From the NCBI RefSeq assembly GCF_963921235.1, contig NC_086097.1, forward strand, positions 98,706,001 to 98,770,000: a stretch of DNA of 64,000 nucleotides, read 5' to 3'. The number at the start of each line of letters is the position of its first letter. Within the stretch, counting starts at the first letter, position 1. This document shows, one piece after another, positions 28,601 through 42,500 of the stretch. Below the pieces are notes generated by a model that worked only from the letters and a program-made list of their open reading frames with translations, did no database searches and had not been told where the DNA came from. The translations under genes and the position numbers were made by a program. The stretch comes from Mobula hypostoma. Lineage: Eukaryota.

Positions 28601-31600
28601 CTATCCACGACCCTTCCGTTACCCACACTCACCCCTCCCCTATCCACGACCCTTCCATTACCCACACTCACCCCTCCCTTATCAACGACCCTTCCATTAC
28701 CCACACTCACCCCTCCCCTATCCACGACCCTCCTGTTACCCACACTCACCCCTCCCCTATCCACGACCCTTCCATTACCCACACTCACCCCTCCCCTATC
28801 CACGACCCTTCCGTTACCCACACTCACCCCTCCCCTATCCACGACCCTCCCGTTACCCACACTCACCCCTCCCCCATCCACGACCCTTCCATTACCCAAA
28901 CTCACCCCTCCCCTCTCCACGACCCTTCCATTCCCACACTCACCCCTCCCCTGTCCATGACCCTTCCATGACCCACACTCAACCCTCCCCAACCCACGAC
29001 CCTTGCGTTACCCGCAGTCACCCCTCCCCTATCCACGACCCTTCCGTTACACATACTCACCCCTTCCATATCCACGATCCTTCCATTACCCACACTCATG
29101 CCTCCCCTATCCACGAACCTTCCGTTAGCCACACTTACCCCTCTCCTATCCACGACCCTTTCGTTACGCACACTGAACCCTACCCTATCCACAACCCTCC
29201 CATTACCCACACTCAACCCTCCCCTATTCACGACCCTTCCATTACCCACATTCACCCCACCTCTATCCACGAACCTTCCTTTCCGCACACTACCCCTCTC
29301 CTATCCACGACCCTTCCATTACCCGTACACACCCCTCGCCTATCCACGACCCTTCAATTACCCACACTCACCCGTCCCCAATCCACGACCCTTCAATTAC
29401 CCACACTCACCCCTCCCCTATCCATGACCCTTCCATTACCCACACTCACCCCTCCCCTATCCACCACCCATCCATTACCCACACTCACACCTCCCCTATC
29501 CACGACCCGCCTGTTACCCACTCTCACGCCCCCGCTATCTACGACCCTTCTGTTACCCACACTCACCCGGCCCCCATGCATGACCCGCCCGTTACCCACA
29601 ATCACCCCTCCCCTATCCAGGACCCTTCCGTTACCCATACTCACCCCTCCCCTATCCAGGACCCTTCCTTTACCCATACTCACCCTCCCCTGTCCACGAC
29701 CTTTCCATTACCCACACTGACCCCTCCCCCATCCACGACTCTTCCGTTACCCGCACTCCCCTGTCCCCTATCCACAACCCTTCGATTACCCAGACTCACC
29801 CCTCCCCTATCCACGACCCTCCCGTTACCCACACTCACCCCTCCCCTATCCACGACCCGTCCGTTACCCACAATCACCCCTCCCGTATCCACAATCCTTC
29901 CATTACCCACACTCACCCCTCCCCCATCCATGACCCTTCCGTTACCCACACTCACCCCTCCCCTATCCACGACCCTTCCGTTACCCACACTCACCCCTCC
30001 CCTATCCACGACCCTCCCGTTACCCACACTCACCCCTCCCCTATCCACGACCCTCCCATTACCCACAGTCACCCCTCCCCTATCTACGACCTTTCCGTTA
30101 CCCGCACACACCCCTCCCCTATCCACGACCCTCCCGTTACCCACACTCAATCCTCCCCCATCCACGATCCTTCCATTACCCACATTCACCCCTCCTCTAT
30201 CCACGACCCTTCCTTTCCGCACACTACCCCTCCCCTATCCACGACCCTCCATTACCCGTACTCCCCCCTCCCCAATCCACGACCCTTCCATTACCCACAC
30301 TCACCCCTCCCCTATCCACGACCCTTCCATTACCCACACTCACCCCTCCCCTATCCATGACCCTTCCGTTACCCACACTCACCCCTCCCCTATCCACGAC
30401 CCTTCCGTTACCCACACTCACCCCTCCCCTATCCACGACCCTTCCGTTACCCACACTCACCCCTCCCCTATCCACGACCCTTCCGTTACCCACACACACC
30501 CCTCCCCTATCCACGACCCTTCCAGTACCCACACTCACCCCTCCCCTGTCCACGACCCGTCCGTTACCCACAATCACCCCTCCCGTATCCACAATCCTTC
30601 CATTACCCACACTCACCCCTCCCCCATCCATGACCCTTCCGTTACCCACACTCACCCCTCCCCATCCACGACCCTTCCGTTACCCACACTCACCCCTCCC
30701 CTATCCACGACCCTCCCGTTACCCACACTCACCCCTCCCCTATCCACGACCCTCCCGTTACCCACACTCACCCCTCCCCTATCCACGACCTTTCCGTTAC
30801 CCACACTCACCCCTCCCCTATCCACGACCCTCCCGTTACCCACACTCAATCCTCCCCCATCCACGATCCTTCCATTACCCACATTCACCCCTCCTCTATC
30901 CACGACCCTTCCTTTCCGCACACTACCCCTCCCCTATCCACGACCCTCCATTACCCGTACTCCCCCCTCCCCAATCCACGACCCTTCCATTACCCACACT
31001 CACCCCTCCCCTATCCATGACCCTTCCATTACCCACACTCACCCCTCCCCTATCCACGACCCTTCCATTACCCACACTCACCCCTCCCCTATCCACGACC
31101 CTTCCGTTACCCACACTCACCCCTCCCCTATCCACGACCCTTCCGTTACCCACACTCACCCCTCCCCTATCCACAACCCTTCCGTTACCCACACTCACCC
31201 CTCCCCTATCCACGACCCTTCCATTACCCACACTCACCCCTCCCCTATCCACGACCCTTCCGTTACCCACACTCACACCTCCCCTATCCACGACCCGTCC
31301 GTAACCCACAATCACCCCTCGCCTATCCATGACCCTTCCATGACCCACACTCACCCCTCCCCTGTCCATGACCCTTCCATGACCCACACTCACCCCTCCA
31401 CAACCCACGACCCTTCCGTTACCCACCCACACCCCTGCCCTACCCACGACCTTTCCATTACCCATACTCACCCCTCCCGTATCCACGACCCTTCCGTTAC
31501 CCTAACTCACCGCTCCCCTATCCACGACCCTTTCGCTACGCATACTGACCCCTACCCTATCCACAACCCTCCCATTACCCACACTCACCCCTCCCCTATC

Positions 31601-34600
31601 CACGACCCTTCCGTTACCCACACTCACCCCTCCCCTATCCACGACCCTTCCGTTACCCACACTCACCCCTCCCCTATCCAGGACCCTTCCGTTACCCACA
31701 CTCACCCCTCCCCTATACTGGACACTTCCGTTACCCACACTCTCCCTTCCCCTATCCACGACCATTCCGTGACCCACACTCACCCCCCCCTATCCACGAC
31801 CCTTCCGTTACCCACACTCACCCCTCCCCTATCCACGACCCTTCCGTTACCCACACTCACCCCTCCCCTATCCACGACCCTTCCGTTACCCACACTCACC
31901 CCTCCCCTATCCACGACCCTTCCATTACCCACACTCACCCCTCCCCTATCCACGACCCTTCCGTTACCCACACTCACCCCTCCCCTATCCACGACCCTTC
32001 CGTTACCCACACTCACCCCTCCCCTATCCACGACCCTTCCGTTACCCACACTCACCCCTCCCCTATCCACGACCCTTCCGTTACCCACACTCACCCCTCC
32101 CCTATCCACGACCCTTATATTACCCACAATCAGCCCTCCCCTATTCACGACCCTTCCGTTACCCAGAATCACCCCTCCCCTATCCTTGACCCTTATATTA
32201 CCCACACTCACCCCTCCCCTATCCACGACCCGTCCGTTACCCACACTCACCCCTCCCCTATCCACGACCCTTCCGTTACCCACACTCACCCCTCCCCTAT
32301 CCACGACCCTTCCCGTTACCCACACTCACCCCTCCCCTATCCATGAACCTTCCATTACCCACAGTCACCCCTCCCCTATCTATGACCTATCCGTTACCCA
32401 CAGACACCCCTCCCATATCCACGACCCTACCTTTACCCACACTCACCCCTCCCCTATACACGACCCTAGTATTACCCACACTCAATCCTCCCCCATCCAC
32501 GACCCTTCCATTACCCACACACACCCCTGACCTATCCACGACCCTTCCATTCCCACACTCACCCCTCCCCTGTCCACGACCCTTCCATGACTCACACTCA
32601 ACCCTCCCCAACCCACGACCCTTGCGTTAACCGCAGTCACCCCCCCATCTACGACTCTTCCGTTACCCACACAAACACCTCCCCTATCCACGACCCTTCT
32701 ATTACCCAAACTCACCCCTCCCCTATCCACGACCCTTCCATTCCCACACTCACCCGTCCCCTATCCACGACCCTTCCATGACCCACACTCACCCCTCCCC
32801 TATCCACGACCCTTCCATTACCCACACTCACCCCTCCCCTATCTACGACCCTTCCATTACCCACACTCACCCCTCCCCTATCCACGACCCTTCCATTCCC
32901 ACATTCACACCTCCCCTGTCCACGACCCTTCCATGACCCACACTCACCCCTCCCAACCCACGACCCTTCCGTTACCCACCCACACCCCTCCCCTACCCAC
33001 GACCTTTCCATTACCCACACTCACCCCTCCCCTATCCACGACCTTCCTGTTACCCACACTTACCCCTTCCAGATCCACGATCCTTCCATTACCCACACTC
33101 ACCCCTCCCCTATCCACGACCCTTCCGTTACCCACACTCACCCCTCCCCTATCCACGACCCTTCCGTTACCCAGACACACCCCTCCCCTATCGACGACCA
33201 TTCCTTTACAGACACTCACCACTCCCCTGTCCACGACTCTTCCGTTACCCACACTCACCCCTCCCCTATCCACGACCCTTATATTACCCACACTCACCCC
33301 TCCCGTATTCACGACCCTTCCGTTACCCACACTCACACCTCCCCTATCCACGACCCGTCCGTCACCCACAATCACCCCTCCCGTATCCACAATCCTTCCA
33401 TTACCCACACTCACCCCTCCCCCATCCATGACCCTTCCGTTACCCACACTCACCCCTCCCCTATCCACGACCCTCCCGTTACCCACACTCACCCCTCCCC
33501 TATCCACGAACCTTCCATTACCCACAGTCACCCCTCCCCTATCTACGACCTTTCCGTTACCCGCACACCCCTCCCCTATCTACGACCTTTCCGTTACCCA
33601 CACTCACCCCTCCCCTATCCACGACCCTACCTTTACCCACACTCACCCCTCCCCTATCCACGACCCTTCCGTTACCCACACTCACCCCTCCCCTATCCAC
33701 GACCCTTCCGTTACCCACACTCACCCCTCCCCTATCCACGACCCTTCCGTTACCCACACTCACCCCTCCCCTATCCACAACCCTTCCGTTACCCACACTC
33801 ACCCCTCCCCTATCGACGACCATTCCAGTACCCACACTCACCCCTCCCCTATCCATGACCCTTCCGTTACCCACACTCACCCCTCCCCTATCCACGACCC
33901 TTCCGTTACCCACACTCACCCCTCCCCTATCCACGACCCTTCCATTACCCACACTCACCCCTCCCCTATCCACGACCCTTCCGTTACCCACACTCACCCC
34001 TCCCCCATCCACGACCCTTCCGTTACACACACTCACCCCTCCCCTATCCTGGACCCTTCCGTTACCCACACTCACCCCACCCCTATCCAGGACACTTCCG
34101 TTACCCACACTCACCCCTCCCCTATCCACGACCCTTCCGTTACCCACACTCACCCCTCCCCTATCCACGACCCTTCCGTTACCCACACTCACCCCTCCCC
34201 TATCCACGACCCTTCAATTACCGACACTCACCCCTCCCCCATCCACAACCCTTCTGTTACCCACACTAACCACTCCCCTATCCACGACCATTCCCTTACC
34301 CACAGTCACCCCTCCCCCATCCACGACTCTTCCATTACCCACACTCACCCCTCCCCTATCCACGACCCTACCATTACCCACACTCACCCCTCCCCTATCC
34401 ACGACCCTTCCGTTACCCACACTCACCCCTCCCCTATCCACGACCCTTCCGTTACCCACACTCACCCCTCCCCTATCCACGACCCTTCCATTACCCACAC
34501 TCACCCCTCCCCTATCCACGACCCTTCCGTTACCCACACTCACCCCTCCCCTATCCATGACCCTTCCATTACCCACACTCACCCCTCCCCTATCCACGAC

Positions 34601-36550
34601 CCTTCCGTTACCCACACTCACCCCTCCCCTATCCACGACCCTTCCATTACCCACACTCACCCCTCCCCTATCCACGACCCTTCCGTTACCCACACTCACC
34701 CTTCCCCCATCCACGACTCGTCCGTTACCCACACTCACCCCTCCCCTATCCACGACCCTTCCGTTACCCACACTCACCCCTCCCCTATCCATGACCCTTC
34801 CATTACCCACACTCACCCCTCCCCTATCTACGACCTATCCGTTACCCACAGACACCCCTCCCCTATCCACGACCCTACCTTTACCCACACTCACCCCTCC
34901 CCTATACACGACCCTAGTATTACCCACACTCAATCCTCCCCCATCCACGACCGTTCCATTACCCACACACACCCCTGACCTATCCACGACCCTTCCATGA
35001 CTCACACTCAACCCTCCCCAACCCACGACCCTTGCGTTAACGCAGTCACTCCCCATCTACGACTCTTCCGTTACCCACACAAACACCCCCCCATCCACGA
35101 CCCTTCTATTACCCAAACTCACCCCTCCCCTATCCACGACCCTTCCGTTACCCACACTCACCCCACCCCTATCCACGACCCTTCCGTTACCCACACTCAC
35201 CCCTCCCCTATCCACGGCCCTTCCATTACCCACACTCACCCCTCCCCCATCAACAACCCTTCTGTTATCCACACTAACCCCTCCCCTATCCACGACCCTC
35301 CCGTTACCCACACTCACCCCTCCCCTATCCACGACCCTTCCATTACCCACACTCACCCCTCCCCTATCCACGACCCTTCCGTTACCCACACTCACCCCTC
35401 CCCTATCCACGACCCTTCCGTTACCCACACTCACCCCTCCCCTATCCACGACCCTTCCGTTACCCACACTCACCCCTCCCCTATCCACGACCCTTCCGTT
35501 ACCCACACTCACCCCTCCCCTATCCACGACCCTTCCGTTACCCACACTCACCCCTCCCCTATCCACAACCCTTCCATTACCCACACTCACCCCTCCCCTA
35601 TCCATGACCCTTCCGTTACCCACACTCACCCCTCCCCTATCCACGACCCTTCCGTTACCCACACTCACCCCTCCCCTATCCACGACCCTTCCGTTACCCA
35701 CACTCACCCCTCCCCTATCCACGACCCTTCCGTTACCCACACTCACCCCTCCCCTATCCATGAACCTTCCATTACCCACAGTCACCCCTCCCCTATCTAC
35801 GACCTATCCGTTACCCACAGACACCCCTCCCATATCCACGACCCTACCTTTACCCACACTCACCCCTCCCCATACACGACCCTATTATTACCCACACTCA
35901 ATCCTCCCCCATCCACGACCCTTCCATTCCCACACTCACCCCTCCCTTGTCCACGACCCTTCCATGACTCACACTCAACCCTCCCCAACCCACGACCCTT
36001 GCGTTAACCGCAGTCACACCCCCATCTACGACTCTTCCGTTACCCACACAAACACCTCCCCTATCCACGACCCTCCCATTACCAAAACTCACCCCTCCCC
36101 TATCCACGACCCTTCCATTACCCACAGTCACCCCTCCTCTATCCACGACCCTTCCTTTACCCACACTCACCCCTCCCCCATCCACGACCCTTCCATTACC
36201 CACACTCACCCCTCCCCTATCCACGACCCTTCCATTACCCACACTCACCCCTCCCCTATCCACGACCCTTCCATTACCCACACTCACCCCTCCCCTACCC
36301 ACGACCCTTCCGTTACCCACCCACACCCCTGCCCGACCCATGACCTTTCCATTACCCACACTCACACCTCCCCTATCCACGACCTTTCTGTTACCCACAC
36401 TTACCCCTTCCATATCCACGATCCTTCCATTACACACACTCACCCCTCCCCTATCCACGACCCTTCCGTTACCCTCACTCACCCCTCCCCAATACACGAC
36501 CCTTTCGTTACGCATACTGACCCCTACCCTATCCACAACCCTCTCATTAC
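7650..36550. repeat. Left higher-order-repeat domain of the array (multi-kb block duplications)
   Basis: A diagnostic variant block (ORFs starting [13 protein letters not shown]) recurs at 11372, 16278, 21338, 25404, 28968, 32587 and 34997. Identical translated segments occur at 11046/15952, 16212/21272/25338 and 10103/20067. Confidence 0.85.
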
Positions 36551-39500
36551 CCACACTCAACCCTCTCCTATTCACAACCCTTCCGTTACCCACACTCACC
36601 CGTCCCCTATCCACGACCCTTCCATTACCCACACTCACCCCTCCCCATTCACAACCCTTCCGTTACCCAGACTCACCCCTCCCCATTCACAACCCTTCCG
36701 TTACCCAGACTCATCCCTACCCTATCCACGAACCTTCCATTACCCACACTCACCCCTCCGCTATCCACAACCCTTCCGTTACCCACACTCCCCCCTCCCC
36801 TATCCACGACCCTTCCATTACCCACACTCACCCCTCCCCTATCCACGACCCTTCCGTTACCCACACTCACCCCTCCCCTATCCACGACCCTTCCGTTACC
36901 CACACTCACCCCTCCCCTATCCACGACCCTTCCGTTACCCACACTCACCCCTCCCCTATCCACGACCCTTCCATTACCCACACTCACCCCTCCCCTATCC
37001 ACAACCCTTCCGTTACCCACACACACCTCTCCCCTATCCACGACCCTACATTTACCCACACTCAATCCTCCCCCATCCACTACCCTTCTATTACGCACAC
37101 TCACCCCTCCCTTATCCACGACCCTTCCATTCCCACACTCACCCCTCCCCTATCCACGACCCTTTCGTTACCCGTACTTCCCCCACCCATATCCACGACA
37201 CATCCGTTACCCGCACTCACCCCTCACCTATCCACGACCCTCCCATTACCCACACTCACCCCTCCCCTATCCACGACCCTTCGATTACCCACACTCAACC
37301 CTCCCCTATCTACGACCCTTCCGTTACCCACACACACCCCTCCTCTGTCCACGACCATTCCGTTACCCACACTCACACCTCCCCTATCCACGACCCTTCG
37401 ATTACCCACAGTCAACCCTCCCCTATCTATGACCCTTCCGTTACCCACACATACCCCTCCCCTGTCCACGACCCTTCCATGACCCACACTAACCCCTCAC
37501 CAACCCACGACCCTCCCGTTACCCACTGTTAAAGCACCCCTATCGACAACCCGCCTGTTACCCACACACACCCCTCCGCTATCTACGACCCTTCCGTTAC
37601 CCACACTCACCCCTCCCACATGCACGACCCGTCCGTTACCCACACTACCCCCTCCCCTATCCACGACCCTTCCATTACCCACACTCACCCCTCCCCTTTC
37701 CACGACCCTCCCGTTACCCACACTCACCCCTCCCCTATCCACGACCCTTCCGTTACGGGCACTCACCCCTCCCCATTCTACGACCCTTCCGTTTCCACAC
37801 TCACCCCTCCCCCATCCACGACCCTTCCGTTACCCACATGCACCCCTCCCCTATCCACAACCCTTCCATTACCCACACTCACCCCTCCCCTATCCACGAC
37901 CCTCCGTTACCCACACTCACCCCTCCCCTATCCACGACCCTTCCATTACCCACACTCACCCCTCCCCTATCCACGACCCTTCCGTTACCTACATTCACCC
38001 CTCCCCTATCCACGACCCTTCCGTTACCCTCACAGACCCCTCCCCTACCCACGACCCTTCCATTACCTGCACTCAACCCACCCCTATCCGCGACCCTTCC
38101 GTTACCCACACTCACCCCTCCGCTACCCACAACCTTTCCGTTACCCACACTGACCTCTCCCTAACCCACGACCCTTCCATTGCCCGCACTCACCCCTCCC
38201 CTATCCACGACCCTTCCGTTACCCACACTCACCCCTCCCCATCCACGACCCTTCCGTTACCCACACTCACCCCTCCCCTATCCACGACCCTTCCATTGCC
38301 CACACTCACCCCTCCCCTATCCACGACCCTTCCGTTACCCACACTCACCCCTCCCCTATCCACGACCCTTCCGTTACCCACACTCACCCCTCCCCATCCA
38401 CGACCCTTCCATTACCCACACTCACCCCTCCCCTATCCACGACCCTTCCGTTACCCACACTCACCCCTCCCCTATCCACGACCCTTCCATTACCCACACT
38501 CACCCCTCCCCTATCCACGACCCTTCCATTACCCACACTCACCCCTCCCCTATCCACGACCCTTCCGTTACCCACACTCACCCCTCCCCTACACACGACC
38601 CTTCCGTTACCCACACTCACCCCTCCCCTATCCATGACCCTTTCATTACCCACACTCACCCCTCCCCTATCCACGACCCTTCCGTTACCCACACTCACCC
38701 CTCCCCATCCACGACCCTTCCGTTACTGACACTCACCCCATCCCCTATCCATGACCCTTCCGTTACCCACACTCTCCCCTCCCCTACCCACGACCCTTCC
38801 CGTTACCCACACTCACCCCTCCCCATCCACGACCCTCCCGTTACCCACACTCACCCCTCCCCTATCCATGACCCTTCCATTACCCACAGTCACACACACA
38901 TCCATGACCCTCCCGTTACCCACACTCACCCCTCCCCTATCCACAACCCTTCCATTACCCACACACACCCCTCCCCCATCCACGACCCTCCCGTTACCCA
39001 CACTCACTCGTTCCCTATCAACGACCCTTCCATTACCCACACTCACCCCTCACCTATCCAGGACCCTTCCGTTACCCACACTCACCCCTCCCCTATCCAC
39101 GACCCTTCCGTTACCCACACTCACCCCTCCCCTATCCACGACCCTTCCGTTACCCACACTCACCCCTCCCCTATCCACGACCATTCCGTTACCCACACTC
39201 ACCCTTCCCCTATCGACGACTCTTCCGTTACTCACAGTCACCCCTCCCCTATCCACGACCCTTCAGTTACCCACACTCACCCCTCCCCTATCCACGACCC
39301 TTCCGTTACCCACACTCACCCCTCCCCTATCCACGACCCTTCCGTTACCCACACTCACCCCTCCCCTATCCACGACCCTTCCGTTACCCACACTCACCCC
39401 TCCCCTATCCACGACGCCTCCGTTATCCACACTCACCCTTCCCCTACCCACGACCCTTCAACTACCCACTCAACCCTCCCCTATCCACGACCTTTCCATT

Positions 39501-42500
39501 ACCGACAGTCACCCCTCCACTATCCACGGCCCTTCCGTTACCCACACTCACCCCTCCCCTATCCGCGACACTTCCGTTACCCACACTCACCAATCCCCTA
39601 TCCACGAACTATCCATTACCCACACTCACCCCTCCCCTATCCACGACGCTTCCGCTATCCACACTCACCCCTCCCCTCTCCACGACCCTTCCATTACCCA
39701 CACTCACCCCTCCCCTATCCACGACCCTTGCATTATTCACACTCACCACACCCTTATCCATGACCTTCCCGTTACCCACCCTTTCCGCTCCCCTACCCAC
39801 CACCATTCTGTTACCCACACGCACGCCTCCCCTATTCACGACACTTCCGTTACACACACTCACCCCTCCCCTATCCACGACCCATCCATTATCACCACAA
39901 ACTCCTCCCCTATCCAATACCCTTCCGTTACCTCAATCACCCCTCCCCTTTTCATGACCCTTCCATTTCCCACACTCACCCCACCCACATCCATGACCCT
40001 TCCGTTACCCACACTCACCCCTCCCCTATCCACGACCCTTCCGTTACCCACACTCACCCCTCCCCTATCCACGACCCTTCCATTACCCACACTCACCCCT
40101 CCCCCATCCACGACCCTTCCATTACCCACACTCACCCCTCCCCTATCCACGACCCTTCCGTTACCCACACTCACCCCTCCCCTATCCACGACCCTTCCGT
40201 TACCCACACTCACCCCTCCCCTATCCACGACCCTTCCGTTACCCACACTCACCCCTCCCCTATCCACGACCCTTCCGTTACCCACACTCACCCCTCCCCT
40301 ATCCACGACCCTTCCATTACCCACACTCACCCCTCCCCTATCCACGACCCTTCCGTTACCCACACTCACCCCTCCCCTATCCACGACCCTTCCGTTACCC
40401 ACACTCACCCCTCCCCTATCCACGACCCTTCCATTACCCACACTCACCCCTCCCCTATCCACGACCCTTCCATTACCCACACTCACCCCTCCCCTATCCA
40501 CGACCCTTCCATTACCCACCCTCACCCCTCCCCTACCCACCACCATTCTGTTACCCACACGCATTCCTCCCCTATTCACGACCATTCCGTTACACACACT
40601 CACCCCTCCCCTACCAACGACCCTCCCGTTACCCACACTCACCCCTAGCCCATCCATGACCCTCCCGTTACCCACACTCACACCTCCCCTATCCACGACC
40701 CTTCCATTACCCACACTCACCCCTCCCCTATCCACGACCCTTCCGTTACCCACACTCACCCCTCCCCTATCCACGACCCTTCCGTTACCCACACTCACCC
40801 CTCCCCTATCCACGACCCTTCCGTTACCCACACTCACCCCTCCCCTACCCACGACCCTTCCGTTACCCACACTCACCCCTCCCCTATCCACGACCCTTCC
40901 GTTACCCACACTCACCCCTCCCCTATCCACGACCCTTCCGTTACCCACACTCACCCCTCCCCTATCCACGACCCTTCCGTTACCCACACTCACCCCTCCC
41001 CTATCCACGACCCTTCCGTTACCCACACTCACCCCTCCCCTATCCACGACCCTTCCATTACCCACACTCACCCGCCCTATCCACGACCCTTCCGTTACCC
41101 ACACTCACCCGCCCTATCCACGACCCTCCCGTTACCCACACTCACCCCTCCCCTATCCACGACCCTTCCGTTACCCACACTCACCCCTCCCCTATCCAGG
41201 ACCCTTCCGTTACCCACACTCACCCCTCCCCTATCCACGACCCTTCCATTACCCACACTCACCCCTCCCCTATCCACGACCCTTCCGTTACCCACACTCA
41301 CCCCTCCCCTATCCACGACCCTTCCGTTACCCACACTCACCCCTCCCCTATCCACGACCCTTCCGTTACCCACACTCACCCCTCCCCTATCCACGACCCT
41401 TCCGTTACCCACACTCACCCCTCCCCTATCCACGACCCTTCCATTACCCACACTCACCCCTCCCCTATCCACGACCCTTCCATTACCCACACTCACCCCT
41501 CCCCTATCCACGACCCTTCCGTTACCCACACTCACCCCTCCCCTATCCACGACCCTTCCGTTACCCACACTCACCCCTCCCCTATCCACGACCCTCCCGT
41601 TACCCACACTCACCCCTCCCCTATCCACGACCCTTCCGTTACCCACACTCACCCCTCCCCTATCCACGACCCTTCCGTTACCCACACTCACCCCTCCCCT
41701 ATCCAGGACCCTTCCGTTACCCACACTCACCCCTCCCCTATCCATGACCCTTCCATTACCCACACTCACCCCTCGCTTATCCACGACCCTTCCATTACCC
41801 ACACTCACACCTCCCCCATCCACGACCCTTCCATTATCGAAACTGACCCCTCCCCTATCCACGACCCTTCCATTACCCACACTCACCCCTCCCCTATCCA
41901 GGACCCTTCCGTTACCCACACTCACCCCTCCCCTATCCACCACCCTTCCATTATTCATACTCACCTCACCCCTATCAACGACCTTCCCGTTACCCACCAT
42001 CACCCCCCCATCAACGACCCTTCCGTTACCAAAACTCACCCCTCCCCTACCCACGACCCTTCCATTACCCACACTCACGCCCCGCTATCCACGACCCTCC
42101 CGTTACCCACACTCACCCCTCCCCTATCCACGACCCTTCCGTTACCCACACTCACCCCTCCCCTATCCAGGACCCTTCCGTTACCCACACTCACCCCTCC
42201 CCTATAGACGACCCTTCAGTTACCCAAACTCACCCCTCCCCTATCCACGACGCTCCCATTATCCACACTCACCCCTCCCCCATCCACGACGCTCCCATTA
42301 TCCACACTCACCCCTCCCCTATCCACGACCCTTCCGTTACCCACACTCACCCCTCCCCTATCCACGACCCTCCCATTACCCACACTCACCCTTCCCCTAT
42401 CCACGACCCTTGCGTTACCCACACTCACCACAACCCCATCTTCGACCCTTCCATTACCCACACTCACCCCTCCCCTATCCACGACCCTTCCGTTACCCAC

